A DNA stretch of 64,000 nucleotides from NCBI RefSeq assembly GCF_038025025.1, contig NW_027117342.1, positions 1,426,001 to 1,490,000 of the forward strand, written 5' to 3'. The notes below the pieces were generated by a model, which was not told where the DNA came from, ran no database searches, and was given only the letters and a program-made list of their open reading frames with translations. Source of the stretch: Phyllosticta citribraziliensis (lineage: Eukaryota). How positions within the stretch are numbered: the first letter of the stretch is position 1; each line of letters begins with the position of its first letter. The translations under genes and the position numbers were made by a program. Shown here piece by piece: positions 47,233 to 59,955 of the stretch.

Positions 47233-49872
47233 ATGGAGATTGAGTCGGCCGTCCGCATCCCCTCTCCAGAGCCAGAGCGCTCACGGAAACGCTCCCCTCC
47301 CTCGCGTTCGCCGTCGCCACGCCGCTACCGCTCTCCGCCTCGCGGCCGCTCCCGCTCATACTCCGCCGATGGCAACGACCGCCGACAGCTCGAGCATCGC
47401 CCAAGAGAGCCCGAGCCCCCGAAGCCATTGACTGAAGAGCAAAAACAGGCTTTTGCAAAGGCCGAGTATGAAAAGCTTGTCAACATGAGGTCTGGAGGCA
47501 CGTACATTCCACCAGCCAGGTTGCGAGCTTTGCAAGCCCAGATCACGGACAAGACTAGCAAGGAGTACCAGCGCATGGCATGGGAGGCGCTCAAGAAATC
47601 CATCAACGGTCTCATCAACAAGGTCAACGTGTCCAACATCAAGTACATTGTTCCAGAACTCTTCAATGAGAATCTGGTCCGAGGAAGAGGGCTGTTTTGC
47701 CGAAGCATCATGAAGGCACAAGCTGCTTCGCTGCCATTCACCCCGATCTATGCTGCCATGGCTGCCATTGTCAACACCAAGCTCCCTCAGGTTGGTGAGC
47801 TGTTGGCCACTCGGTTGGTCGTGCAGTTCCGCAAGGCCTTCAAGCGTAATGACAAAGCTGTCTGTCTCTCGTCGACAACCTTTATTGCCCATTTGGTGAA
47901 CCAGCAAGTTATCCATGAGACGCTTGCCGCTCAGATTTTGCTCCTCCTCCTTCACAAGCCAACAGACGACAGCGTTGAGATTGCCGTGGGTTTCACGAGG
48001 GAAGTGGGTCAGCATCTTGAGGAGATGTCCCAGCCCATAGCACTCGCCGTGTTTGATCAATTCCGGACCATTTTGCACGAGGCCGATATCGACAAGAGAA
48101 CACAGTACATGGTAGAAGTGCTTTTCCAAGTGAGAAAGGACAGGTACAAAGACAACCCGGCAGTCAAAGAGGAGCTGGACTTGGTCGAAGAAGAAGACCA
48201 AATTACCCACAGGATCGGGCTCGATGATGATCTGGAGGTTCAAGATGGCCTTAACATCTTCAAGTTCGACTCAGAATGGCAAGAGCACGAGGACGCATAC
48301 AAGCAACTCAAGGCGGAGATTCTAGGAGAAGCCGAAGGCAGCGATGACGAAGAGTACGAGACTGATGACAGTTCCGATGGTGAGGAAGAGAAGCAAGAGC
48401 GGGAGTTGGAAATCAAGGACCAGACAAACACCGACTTGGTGAACCTCCGCCGGACCATCTACCTCACTATCAAATCCAGTGGTGGCTTCGAAGAATGTTG
48501 CCACAAGTTGATGAAAATCAACCTTCCGCCTGGCCAGGAGTCTGAGCTTCCGTCGATGATCATCGAATGCGCGTCTCAAGAGAGGACCTACGACAAGTTC
48601 TACGGACTCATTGCTGAACGCTTCTCCAAGCTCAACCGTTTCTGGAGGGAGCTGTTCGAAGAATCTTTTGTCAAATACTTCACCACAATCCACCGTTACG
48701 AGACGAATCGCCTCCGCATCATTGCGCAGATCTTTGCTCATTTGCTTGCGAGCGACGCGATTGGTTGGCATGTCTTCTCGGTAATTCAAATGAACGAGGA
48801 AGACACCAGTTCCTCTAGCCGTATCTTCATCAAGATTCTCTTTGAAGAACTCGCCCAAGCCATGGGCATGAAGAAGCTTGCCGAGCGCATGCGGGAGGAT
48901 ACCCTGCAGCCAGAGTTCGACGGCATATTCCCCAAGGACGACAGCAGGAAGACGAGGTTCGCCATCAACTTCTTCACCGCCATTGGAATGGGTGTCCTTA
49001 CAGAGGACATGCGCGAATATCTCAAAAACTTGCCCAAGCCGGCGCCTCCGCCTGCATTGCCGCCAGCAGATGCGGAAAGCGACAGCGAAAGTGTGTCTTC
49101 TTACTCGAGCTACTCGAGCTACAGCTCGCGATCACGTTCTCCTGTGCGTTCGAGGCGGCGGCGCGACAGCTTTTCAGAGTCGCGTTCTCCAAGTCCGCGT
49201 GGGCGAACCAGATCTAGGTCGTATTCATACACCCCGCCTCGTCGCCGAGCACGCAGCGACTCTCTTTCCGTTTCCCGCAGCCGGAGCCCATCTTACACAC
49301 CCCCACCTCGTCGCCGACGTGATCGATCATACACGGAGTCGATTTCTCGCTCGCCTGCTCCCAGACGCCGCGCCACCTCTTCTCTCTCTCGCACCCCACC
49401 AAAGCGCAATGGTCGACGCAGCCCGTCACGCAGTATCTCCCGTTCTCTCTCCCCAGCTCCACGCGGCACTCGCAAGGCCCGGAGTATTTCCAGGTCCCGC
49501 TCAAGGAGCCCTTACCAAGCTCCTGCGCGCAGCCGCCGAGACCGCAGCTACACCTACTCTCGCTCACCGTCACGCTCGCCCGTGGGCGCTGGCAAAGGCA
49601 AAGGTCGCTCACATGCTCGATCACTGTCCAGGTCGTTGAGCCGAAGTAGGAGCCCGCTGCCCCGGCGCAGGTCTTCTGTCTCTTCGCGCGGGAGAGACAA
49701 CAGGGACCGTGGATTCCAGCGAGGTGGAGACGAGTACTCGAGACGAAGGAATACAAGCAGTCCGGAGGATTCGCCGCCGCCTCGCCGGAGGGTGCCATCA
49801 AGGAGCGTTGGCCCGGTGAGAAAAGACAGGGAGCCAGCCAACGTAAGAGCAAGAGCAAGTGATTATATTTGA
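47233..49872 (+). CDS. CWC22: Pre-mRNA splicing factor Cwc22 (MIF4G + MA3 domains, RS-rich tails)
   Basis: Motifs GGTYIPPARLR, EYQRMAWEALKKSINGLINKVN, LVNLRRTIYLTI and RFAINFFTAIGMG. Confidence 0.97.
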   Translation: MEIESAVRIPSPEPERSRKRSPPSRSPSPRRYRSPPRGRSRSYSADGNDRRQLEHRPREPEPPKPLTEEQKQAFAKAEYEKLVNMRSGGTYIPPARLRALQAQITDKTSKEYQRMAWEALKKSINGLINKVNVSNIKYIVPELFNENLVRGRGLFCRSIMKAQAASLPFTPIYAAMAAIVNTKLPQVGELLATRLVVQFRKAFKRNDKAVCLSSTTFIAHLVNQQVIHETLAAQILLLLLHKPTDDSVEIAVGFTREVGQHLEEMSQPIALAVFDQFRTILHEADIDKRTQYMVEVLFQVRKDRYKDNPAVKEELDLVEEEDQITHRIGLDDDLEVQDGLNIFKFDSEWQEHEDAYKQLKAEILGEAEGSDDEEYETDDSSDGEEEKQERELEIKDQTNTDLVNLRRTIYLTIKSSGGFEECCHKLMKINLPPGQESELPSMIIECASQERTYDKFYGLIAERFSKLNRFWRELFEESFVKYFTTIHRYETNRLRIIAQIFAHLLASDAIGWHVFSVIQMNEEDTSSSSRIFIKILFEELAQAMGMKKLAERMREDTLQPEFDGIFPKDDSRKTRFAINFFTAIGMGVLTEDMREYLKNLPKPAPPPALPPADAESDSESVSSYSSYSSYSSRSRSPVRSRRRRDSFSESRSPSPRGRTRSRSYSYTPPRRRARSDSLSVSRSRSPSYTPPPRRRRDRSYTESISRSPAPRRRATSSLSRTPPKRNGRRSPSRSISRSLSPAPRGTRKARSISRSRSRSPYQAPARSRRDRSYTYSRSPSRSPVGAGKGKGRSHARSLSRSLSRSRSPLPRRRSSVSSRGRDNRDRGFQRGGDEYSRRRNTSSPEDSPPPRRRVPSRSVGPVRKDREPANVRARASDYI

Positions 49873-50433
49873 TGAGTATAGGCACATTGTGGGAGAAAAT
49901 GGAAGAAAAAGGGTCGGGTTGGAATACGTGGATTTCGAGTAGCGCACAGGTTGCGCCGCGGGACGTGGGTCGATCCGAGATGGAAAATGGATGGAAGCGA
50001 GTTTCAGCAAGTGATAGAAGTGACATGAAGGGGCAGTCAAAAGGAGTAGGTGCCATGGTTCAAGATTGCTGTGACCATGAGACGGAGATGAGATTGGCTG
50101 GATTGCATAGACGAAAAATCAAGTGTGATGCTCCAAGCCCGCAGTTGACGAAACTGCAGTGAATTGATACAAACAAGCGTTGGCAGTAGTCAGTCGAGGG
50201 CATGTGAAGGGAGCGAGTGGATCCTCGGACCCTGCATCCATCCATCCACTGCCCCACACCGGCAAGGTCGGAGGCCCGGCGCAGCTCCCTGTGCGGATCC
50301 GGCTCATCACGCACCTCAAGCTGTATTTAAGACACCATGCTGCCCCGCACTCGGCCGGCACCTTTCCTGTCACTCTGTCAGGATACCGTTTCGTTTCACG
50401 TCCCATTAGTTCGACTGGTTGACGGCTGGCACG

Positions 50434-51943
50434 ATGTTGGGCAAGCTGTCTACGGCTGTGGTATGTCTCGGAGCTGACCATTCTGCCATCCACCTTCCAA
50501 ATCTTTCCGCTTTCTTGAAGCCCTACAAGCACCAAGACCAACCGCTGACCATTGGCCTTGGCTACAGGTTCTCGGCCTCGTGGCGCTCCTTTGGCCGCAC
50601 ATATCGCTGCTGTTGGAGACGCAGCAACTTCAGACCATTACGCCGGACAAGCTGACCAAGGTCAATGTGTTCAAGGAGCACGAGGTCAAATTTAGGGAGC
50701 TTCTCAAGAACTGCGAGGATGTCATTCTGGTCGAGGAGGAACAAGTGGCCCTTTTGAGCTGCGACCCGGGGCGAGACAACTGGAACACGGTTATGGTGAG
50801 AGCTTCCCCCGCTACCCGACGGAGCTGTTTTGGAGGGGTAGCACAAAACACTGGACGCCACCCCTCCGCGCATCGGTAAACACCACACCGAGAACTAATC
50901 CACGTCCACGTCAGGGCAATTTCCGCGATCCCTCGGGCGCAGGCATTCTCTACCAATGGTTCTACAATGACGCAGACGCGGTTCCGACGCCAATTGCCCT
51001 CGAACACCCCACCAATGGCTCCTACTACACGACCGACTTCCACCCGCTCGGCATCGAATACCACGCGCCGTCGGGGACGCTCTACGTCACCAACCACGCC
51101 TCCCACGGCCCAACGCTCGAAGTCCTCTCCTACAAGCCGTGGTCCGGCTTCGGCCGCGCCGTCGCCAAACACGTCCGCACAATTCGTGATCCGGCTATCC
51201 ACACGCCAAACAGCCTGATTCCGCTCTCGGCCACTAGCATCCTGCTCACCAACGACCACTTCTTCAAGGTGCGCTTCAACCGCGCCCTGGCACGCGCCGA
51301 GACGCAGCTGGCGCTGCCCGGCGGCAACGTAGTTCACGTTTCTTTGCCGCCAGCGGATGCCCCCGCGGATGCCTCCGCAAACGTCACAACGCTGGCCCGC
51401 GGCCTCCCCTTCTGCAACGGCATCGCTCTGCTCAACAGCAGCACCGTGGCCGTGGCGAGCACCACGCGCCGCAGCGTCTCTCTGTACGCTCTCTCGCCGG
51501 CGCCCGCGGGCTCGCCCGCCTGGGCCCCGCCCTCGCTCTCCTTCCGCTCCGAGTACCACGCCCCGGCCTTCCTCGACAACCTCTCGGCCGACCAGAACGG
51601 GCGCCTCCTCGTCGCGGGCCACCCTTCCGTCGGCGCGCTCTCCGCCACCGTCGCCCAGCGCATGACGTGCAACGACCTGCGCGCCAAGCAGGCGGCGGGC
51701 GCGGCGCTCGATGAGGCGGAGCGCGTGACGGAGAAGGAGTGCGATGAGGAGGAGAAGCATGTCAAGGCGGCGACGTGGGCCGCGGAGCTGTCGTTCAACG
51801 AGGATGGTGCGGCTGTTTGGCGGCCGCTGCTTGTTGGCAATGACATCTATGGCAGTAGTGCGACGGTTGCGAGGGATGTGAAGAAGGGCCTGACTTTCGT
51901 TTCAGGATTATACGAGAGGGGCTTGTTTGTGGGGAAGGAGTGA
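50434..51943 (+). CDS. Paraoxonase/arylesterase-like six-bladed beta-propeller protein
   Basis: Three exons (introns 50461-50567 and 50796-50914). Hydrophobic N-terminus; motifs NCED, SCDPGR..WNTVMG, FHPLGI, LYVTNH, TNDHFF, NGI and LDNL. Confidence 0.85.
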
Positions 51944-52342
51944 GCTGACAGATCTGGCCTTGGGTTCGGTGATCTGACGGGAACAGGATGGAGGAACGTA
52001 CAGGGTTGGTCGGTTGGAAAGGATAAAGTCTTCTTTTAACACCCACTGTGTTGGCGTTTGGAAGTGATTGACGCGTGGTACAAGCAAAAGGAGCACATTT
52101 CGTGTCCATAATTTGCAATGAAGGGCTTATGGCTGCTATCGCCCACGAAACTGTCGACTAAACAAACTGTTGCTTCTGCATGAAAATCTCATGTCTGCCT
52201 CTTAATTCTTGGCCTGTCTGAAAGCAAATGGGTATCTATACGTTGTGTTGAAAACAACTGGGCCAAACCTGAACACCTGAACACATCTTGTCTGTCACAA
52301 TCCTCTCCCAAGTAGTAGTGCCCTGCAGAGGCGTGTCTGCTG

Positions 52343-54119
52343 TTACAGATTCTCGTACCCCTGGAGATAATTGTAGACCGCACCCAAACCCGTCTTGTGG
52401 ACATCAACGGCAGGCTGCAAATGATCAATACCAGCTCGACGGTCTAGCTCCCTCTCGGCGGCAAGATCCGCTTCATCGGCCATGCCGTAGCCGGCGTAGT
52501 CGTCATAGCCTTCGTAGTACTGCTGCTGGTGGTCGAGATATGGGTCGCCAGCGCCGCCAATCCAGAACTGCGTGCCCTCTCTGGCGCCCTTCTCCATCAT
52601 GGCCTCGGTGATCTCGCGCGCGCTCATGTCGTGCGCCGCACCCAGGTGGAACTCGAGGTCGTAGTCGCGGTAGAAGCGGTGCTGGCAGCCGTCGTTTGCG
52701 AAGATGCACGCGATGCGGCGGCCGCTCTCCTCTGCGAGCCCCTCGCCCGTCAAAAGCGCAATGGCAGATGCTTTCGGGTGGGCGCGGGAGCGCCTCTTCT
52801 TCGTAATTTCGTCGTAGTCCTCGCCTCGTTCGGCGGCCTCTTCCCTCAGCTTGGCCGTGCGCGTGCTCTCCAGGCCCAAGTGCTGCGTCCGGATGTGCTC
52901 CTCGAGGTTGCTCTTGGTTCCAAAGTTGCGGCCACACGCTCCGTCGCCGTCCCACGCCCGAATGTAATCCCGCTTTGAAATGGCCGACAGTTCCGTCTCG
53001 CCGCATACGAAAATGCGCGCGTTGTCGTGCATGGAGCGGATGTGAACGTTGAGATTGCCCTTCTTGGTAAATCCAGCGCTGCAATGCGGACAGAGGAACC
53101 GTCGGCGGTCATCGACAGAAAGTCCGCTGTGTGCAATTTCAACGTGAGCTCTCAACTGCCTCTGCGTCGAGGTCTCTTTGCCGCAGTGCTCACACACGGG
53201 TGGATGCACCTCTTTGATGTGGGCCTGAAGAGCGCCGTAGGTTGCAAAGCCTACAGGGTCAGCAGTGCTTGATGGAGTTTCGCCCTCTTCGGTCTCCACC
53301 ATGGGGTCTGGGCCGCACGTAGTGCAGAAGAAACGGAGTCCGCCATGGACACGCGCCTCGTGCGCCTTGAGGCTGTGCGGAGTGTTGTAGACCCCTTTGC
53401 ATTGTTCTCCCGTATCATCGTCCAGCATTTGACATGGGTATTTCTTTTTACCGAGATGTACAGAGTCGATGTGCCGCTGAAGGGTTGCGTGCTTGCGAAA
53501 CAGTTTGTTGCAAGGTGGGAAATCGGTACAGTGGAATTTGTTCTCGTGGGTTTCTTGGTGCCTGCGAAGACGATCTGCGGAGATGAAGGACTTGCCGCAA
53601 TCAGACCGCCCACAGATGTAACTACGTTCGTTCGCGGTGTGTTCAAGCTTTATGTGCCGCGCGAGATGAGCGGCCCGGATGTATGTTTTGTCGCAGCCTT
53701 CTTGGGTACAGCCAAAGGGGCGCTCCCCAGTGTGAGAAAGAAGGTGCTCCTGAAGACGGCATGGACGATTGAAGGACCTGTCACAACCCTCGAAAGTGCA
53801 ATGGAAGATGTTGCGGCGGCTGCGGTTTGGATCGAGGCGGTAGGGCAAGAGCGGAGGCGATTCGGGTGTAGCGACGGCATTTTCACCAACAGCTTCCTTT
53901 TCGATGCCATCTTCGGCAGAGTCTACGGATGATTCTGTGAATGCGTCGTGCGATTCCTCCTGTGGAGTCGGCACTGAGAAGAGGTAAAATAAGCAATCCG
54001 TGACGTCTTCGAGGTTGGTACAGGAAGATGGACTTACTCTGACGCACTCGCTTGCTCTTTTGGGGCGCATGCTCGCCTGGGGGCGCAGCCCGCTTACGCG
54101 CAGACTTGGTTTGGGCCAT
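52343..54119 (-). CDS. PZF1: Transcription factor IIIA (multi-C2H2 zinc finger)
   Basis: Two exons (intron 54037-53974). About 9-10 C2H2 fingers with an HTGERPF linker; head-to-head with RPB6 as in yeast. Confidence 0.88.
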
Positions 54120-54434
54120 GTCGAAATCCCAATGCTGGCAGACGGCTTTGGAGCGCCGGTGGAGGGAATCGAGGGCGTCGGCTGGGAATAATTAATATGG
54201 GGCCGTGGGCGGTCAGCGGAGAAAACGCCAAGATTTTAGCCTCGAACTTTAATCCGAAGGCGGTGTGGCGGCAGAATTTCGTTCTGCACCGGCCTCCGCT
54301 AACAGCTCGTCGCGCCGTCTGTCTTTCACCACCCACCACCCCGACAAGCTTCCACACCCACGCTCCGCCTGGTGGGGCTCTCAACTCTTGGACTTGCTCT
54401 ATCCTACAAGCTACACGCAAACCTCACGCGCAAC

Positions 54435-55142
54435 ATGTCCGACTTCGGTGGAGGAGACGACGACGGCGGCCTCGACAAGTACGTGCAATTTCCGCTTGTA
54501 TACCCAGGTCATGCAACATGACCGACGTTCGCTCGAATGCGCTTTGTATTTCCGAATCTCGTTCGCTGACACATCGACATTAGCGCCGGTGAGGAGGTCT
54601 ACGAGGACTTTGACGAGCCCCAAGAGCCCGACGCGTACTACGAAGATGAGGACGAGGTCGCTGGTGGACAGGAAGATCCAGACCAGTCGAAGCCCGAAGG
54701 CGAAAACATCGTTGTTGCCGGAGACGAGAGCGCCGCTGCTGCAGCCAAGGCCAATACAATTCAAGAGCAACGCAAGAAGAGGATTCCGGACGAGAACCGC
54801 ACGACGACGCCCTACATGACCAAGTACGAGAGAGCCAGACTGCTCGGAGTGCGCGCCCAGCAAATCAGGTATGTACACTCCTGGACTCTCTGCGCAACAT
54901 TGCTGGCGGAGAAAGGAAGGCTGACCCTCCACAGCATGAATGCGCCCGTCCTTGTCGATCTTGAAGGAGAGACGGATCCTCTGCAGATTGCGCTCAAGGA
55001 AATGCGCGAGAAGAAGATTCCTCTGATCGTGCGGAGATACCTCCCCGATGGATTGTGAGTCGATTGGCAACTGCACTCATCCTGCGAATGCTAATGACCA
55101 CGCAGCTACGAGGACTGGACGGTCGAGGAACTCATTGTATAA
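54435..55142 (+). CDS. RPB6: RNA polymerase I/II/III shared subunit Rpb6 (RPABC2)
   Basis: Four exons. Acidic N-terminus, then [75 protein letters not shown]. Confidence 0.97.
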
Positions 55143-55557
55143 TTGCAGGTTGGTGCGGGCATGGACGTTCTGGGCGGCATGAAATGGAGTTTGGTTACGG
55201 CATTTGGGAGTTTCAAAGGGCAGGCCTATCAAGATAATTAGAAGCCTGGCAGTGGATGTTCGACACCAAAAAAGGATCTGATTTGCAGAGGCCGGAAAAT
55301 GTTACTTTTCTCAGCGAAAATGATGCGGAGCAAATGGCCAAGGCGCTTGAGCTTGGAGCAAGTCGAGCCCGACGTCACGAATCGGCAGCACTGGACCGCA
55401 ACGACTTGACCCCTCCTCAAGCTCCAACCCCACCATCGCCGCCCGAAACGAGCTACAAAACTCGCCCGCTTCCCGTTGGACCGTCCGGCACTCACTTCCC
55501 GACTGCTCCCAAATCCTCTTCCCTTGTGATTCTTCCACTGCTCCTCCGACCGCAATC

Positions 55558-56648
55558 ATGGCCTTTACGACGAACGCGACAATCGCTTCTTTTGGCGGCA
55601 AGCTCCTGAAGCTCAGCCATGAAGCAAAATCGACCAGTTGCAAGATGGCGCTGAACCTCTACCTCCCGCCGCAAGCATTCCAAGCCCAAAAGACGACTTC
55701 CAAGGTGCCGGTGCTGTTCTATCTCTCGGGCCTTACCTGCACGGGCGACAATTGCTCAGAGAAGGGCTTCTTCCAGCACAAGGCTGCGGAAAAGGGCATT
55801 GCTGTCGTTTACCCGGATACCAGCCCCCGTAAGACTCCCAATTCGATTCGCCGTCATGCTTTCGAGTTCCACCGGGAATTGGTCAAAGCGAATTGCTTCT
55901 GATGAAGCTAACCGGGCTATCCGCGATCTACAGGTGGCTTGAACATCCAAGGCGAAGACGACGCATACGATTTCGGTAGCGGCGCTGGCTTCTACGTCGA
56001 CGCGACTAAGGAACCATACAACAAGGGCTACAACATGTACACATACATCACCCAGGAGCTGCCCGAGACCCTGTTCAAGGAATTCGATGTGCTGGACGGC
56101 AACCGCGTGAGCATCACTGGTCACAGCATGGGAGGCCACGGCGCTTTGACTTTGGTACGTGCAATACGTCAGCATCGGAAACGTTTCTAGCCACTGACTC
56201 TGTGCGTAGTTCCTCAAGAATCCTGGCAAGTACAAGTCTTGCTCTGCCTTTGCCCCAATCTCGAACCCCATCAACTGCCCCTGGGGCCAGAAGGCTTTTA
56301 AGGGGTACTTTGGCGAAGAGAATCAAGGCAAGTGGAAGGAGCACGACGCGACCGAGCTCGTCAAGCAGTGGAAGGGTCACCTGCACCTGCTCATCGATGT
56401 GGTAAGCTCTCTGACCATCAGCCCAAAAATCAGACATGGCGGACTGACCCGGCTCGCAGGGAACCGGCGACAACTTTTACAAGCAAGGCCAGCTCCTGCC
56501 CGAGAACTTCATCGCAGCGGCCAAGGAGGCGGGCAACGACAAGGATATCCGTCTGCGCTTCCAGCAAGACTATGACCACAGCTACTACTTCATGGCCACC
56601 TTCGCCGATGACCACGTGGAGCACGCCGCCAAGGCGCTCTTTGCGTAG
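55558..56648 (+). CDS. ESD: S-formylglutathione hydrolase (esterase D)
   Basis: Four exons. Motifs [45 protein letters not shown] and YDHSYYF. Confidence 0.95.
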
Positions 56649-56870
56649 TACGTCTCCCTGGACTAGAAGAATGCAAAAAGCTTACTAGGTCAGAAGCGGT
56701 TCAAGCGAACCAAGACTGTGATTTAGATTGAGCACGCTGGATCTAGCAAAAAAGGATCTTGATTTTGGCGAACCAATGCTCGCTTGACCCCGGTTCACTG
56801 CGTTTATACGTCATGCCTTTTGAAAGCATGCGAAGATATGTGCTTGACATCCCTTCATCTGCGCTGGCTA

Positions 56871-58540
56871 TCACATCCCCAACTCCTCTCCAAAGCCAAA
56901 CACGGCTCTTGCCAATACCCCATAGCCCTTGACATTCAAATGCAAATGATCGCCGGGATCCAGATCAGCCCTGAGCATACTTCCACCTTTGAAATCATTC
57001 CTGACCGCCTTGTCCAAATCAACTACCCCGTCAAACCAGCCTGCCATCTGAGAGCCCCTGATCCACGTATTGACCATCTGTCTCGCTACCTCCCTCTCCT
57101 AGCTCGAATATGGCTGCGCATCACTCTTCCCACACGCAGCATCCGCACAGAAAGGTGTCAACGTCGCCGCAAATACACGCGCAGTCCGGCCCCGCCACGC
57201 TGTCGCCACTCGCACCCGAGTCACCAGCTCTTTGTAGCCGGCTGTCAGCGCCGCGGCGATGTTGGCCTGCGCGGACTCCGTGGCGGCTGTTACGCCAATA
57301 TCGTTTATCCCGATGAAGACGAGCACGTGGCTCGGTCCGCCGGGAAGAGAGAGCACGTCTCTATCTAAACGCGCGAGGGCGGGCGGGCCGTTGGGTCCGG
57401 ACGCGCTGGGTGGAAGGAGGAGCGCGTTGCCACCGGCGGCTTGGTTGGGGATGGAGAGGGGCCCACGCAAGGGACTGGTGGCGTTGGAGTGGAGGAGCGA
57501 GAGCAGCTGGTCGGGCCAGCGATTGTTGGCATCCGTGGTAGAGCCGCGTCCGTCAGTCAGCGAGTCGCCGATGAGGACGAGCGAAGTGTGATGATGAGAG
57601 GAGGAGGAGGAGGTGAGGAGGGCGGAGATGAAGTACCTGGTTAGGTGAGCGTCTTGCGTCCCAAATCTCACACTGCCCCTGAACTGGTGGGAAATTTTAA
57701 GGATAGCCTACTGTACCAATGGGCCACGCTCTCTGTCCCATCATCCCTCACGTCCTCCTCTCCGCTCCGGTCGCCATGGCTCAGCCAGCTCGTTGGGGGT
57801 GCCCTGTGACGTCCTTGCCCTGCTGACCCTCGGCGAGGTATAAGCTCACGGATACATCTGCCTGTGCTTCGGCTGCAAAGTCAATTGCGTCCGACAGCAC
57901 GGTTGCTCCTTCGGATATTGTGACATTTGGGTATCCGCCATTGAAAGAAAGCATCACAAGCGTCGTAGGGTCGACGGTGGGGCTTCCCGCGCCAGAGGCG
58001 TTAGACGTGGCGTTTTGCTGCCGGGACAGGGCGATGGTAGCGCGGGTAATGGGAAGTGGTGTGGTTCCAAATACGTTGGAGAGCACGAGGCGGATCGAGG
58101 AAGTGTGGGCAGTCAGGTGAATTGTCTGGCGGAGGGTCGTGTTTGTAAAAGTGGCCGTGGACCCGTTCTAGATACGAAGGAGGTGAGCTGACTGACCATT
58201 TTCAAGGAAAAAAGAAAGTCAGTCACTCTTCAGCTATCTCGGTGGCCTGGAAAAATTGGGAGTGGAGATGTTGCAGCTTGGTCGCCATGTCCCGTAGCGA
58301 GTCGATGTGATGTACCGTTGAAAGACGTACGAATGGTGCGGGAGGCAGATTGGGGGGTTCGACCAGCTGTGGCATCGCTGTCCAGACTGGCACCCAGCGG
58401 TCATCTTGGCCATGAATGCTTCTTGTGAGTACATCTGGGTCGCCTTTGAGAAGAGCCGCTCCTCGAGGTCCGTGAGGATAGCTGCAAGTGTAAGACAATT
58501 GGAGCAGAAAAAGGAAAATGGAAAGTCGCAGTCCCTCCAT
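56871..58540 (-). pseudogene. Secreted SGNH/GDSL hydrolase, disrupted
   Basis: Signal peptide and motifs WTAMPQL.EP, TLRQT, GDSLTDGRGS, NQAAGGN, FIGINDI and GDHLH. Frameshift at ~57794-57799 and in-frame TAG at 57099-57101. Confidence 0.85.
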
Positions 58541-59955
58541 TTTGGCGTCACAAGTTGGAAATCTGGAGACGCAGCAATGAGGGATTGGAAGAAACGACAG
58601 CAGCATGTACTTGTGCTGACATTAGTATTAGACTGCGTACATGCCTGCTACTTTTTTCCTGCAAGAGATTCTTCTTTAGTCGCGTAAACAACGAAAGAGA
58701 GACATTCAAAATAGGCTGAAGTCTCACAACGATAGAGCAGATAAGGAACAAAACAGCTTTTTGATCAGAGAGATGTGAGTGAGGACACCCCGCAGATCAA
58801 CTGAACATGACCCCGCGTCCGCCAGTGTCGGGTGACCGCCTTGGGAGGGGCCTGACAATGTCAGCATCGATGTCTGGATTGATTTGGTAGTTCGATGACT
58901 TCAGCATTTCTGGACGACAAACTAATGCCCTTGAGATGTTCACAAAGTTGCCTCGTGAAGGTTGAACATGAGATCGAGGGTAAGAACCAGTCAGCTGGTC
59001 TGGTTGTCTCCAGCGTCCTGGCAGGGAGCCTCCCAGTAATCCCTGTAGCGATCCCGGTAGTGGTCATCTGCAAGTCCTGGCCAAAGGCATCCATAAGGCT
59101 GCGAAAGAATTAGTCTGACGTGCGAACGACACAAGATGTGGAACTTTTAGTTGGCGTTCCAATCCCCTTGAAGGCCAGCTTGGCGTGGTATCGACCTTCT
59201 GGTTGCGGTCTGCGGTTGGCAAGGTTGAATCCACGCGAGCTTCCTGCCGATCCTGAGGCGTTCCGTCCCGCAACAAAGAGTCGCGCAATTCGCAAAGCTC
59301 GTCAGCCATCAAAGACGACATTCCATGATGAGCTGATGATATCAATAATCCAAGACTTTCTTCGACGCCTACCAACCAAGCTGCCGCGTCGGCATAGACG
59401 GCGTCCTGCAAGGCCGGTCCGTTGTGGCCAAAACATCGGGACGCCGATTGCGGCCGAATCTCGTCGCCGGTCAAGTTTCCGCGCAACACTCGACCACGAG
59501 GGCGGAGAGCTGGAATTAAGAAACAAGTCTCGTCTTTCCGCTCCGACATGATGAACCGCAACCAGAGGAGTTGGTCTTGGCCGAGTGCCCAGGAACGATG
59601 GGCGGACAAACGACATGTGGCGAGGGCGCGCCGGCGGAGACGCACAGTCCGTGTTCCTATTACCTCAAGTATTGCAAAAAATGGCCTTTTTTGCCCACTT
59701 GGCCGATGACGCCTTCTAGTGCCGTATTGCACAATCTCACTCTCCGGAAAAGTCTGCTAGTGTTGAACAGTATGTATCTGATAATCCACCTACTGTAGCA
59801 TTCTTCCCACTACTCCATCCTTGTGCGTCCCTCAAGCATCCCCACCCTATATTGGTGCATACCGCTGCCCGAGGAGAAGAGTTGGTCGAACACTTTTGCC
59901 CCACGGTTTTGCCGATCAGATCACAGCTTGTCGTACTTCCCGTTTGGTCACCACC

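Noticed and set aside
49100..49872. Repetitive RS-rich tail
   Set aside because: Normal Cwc22 RS domain, not a separate element.
50630..51760. 376-aa minus-strand ORF
   Set aside because: Antisense to the paraoxonase-like gene in very GC-rich sequence.
58861..59732. ORFs between the SGNH pseudogene and MUP1
   Set aside because: No motifs, codon bias or convincing splice structure.
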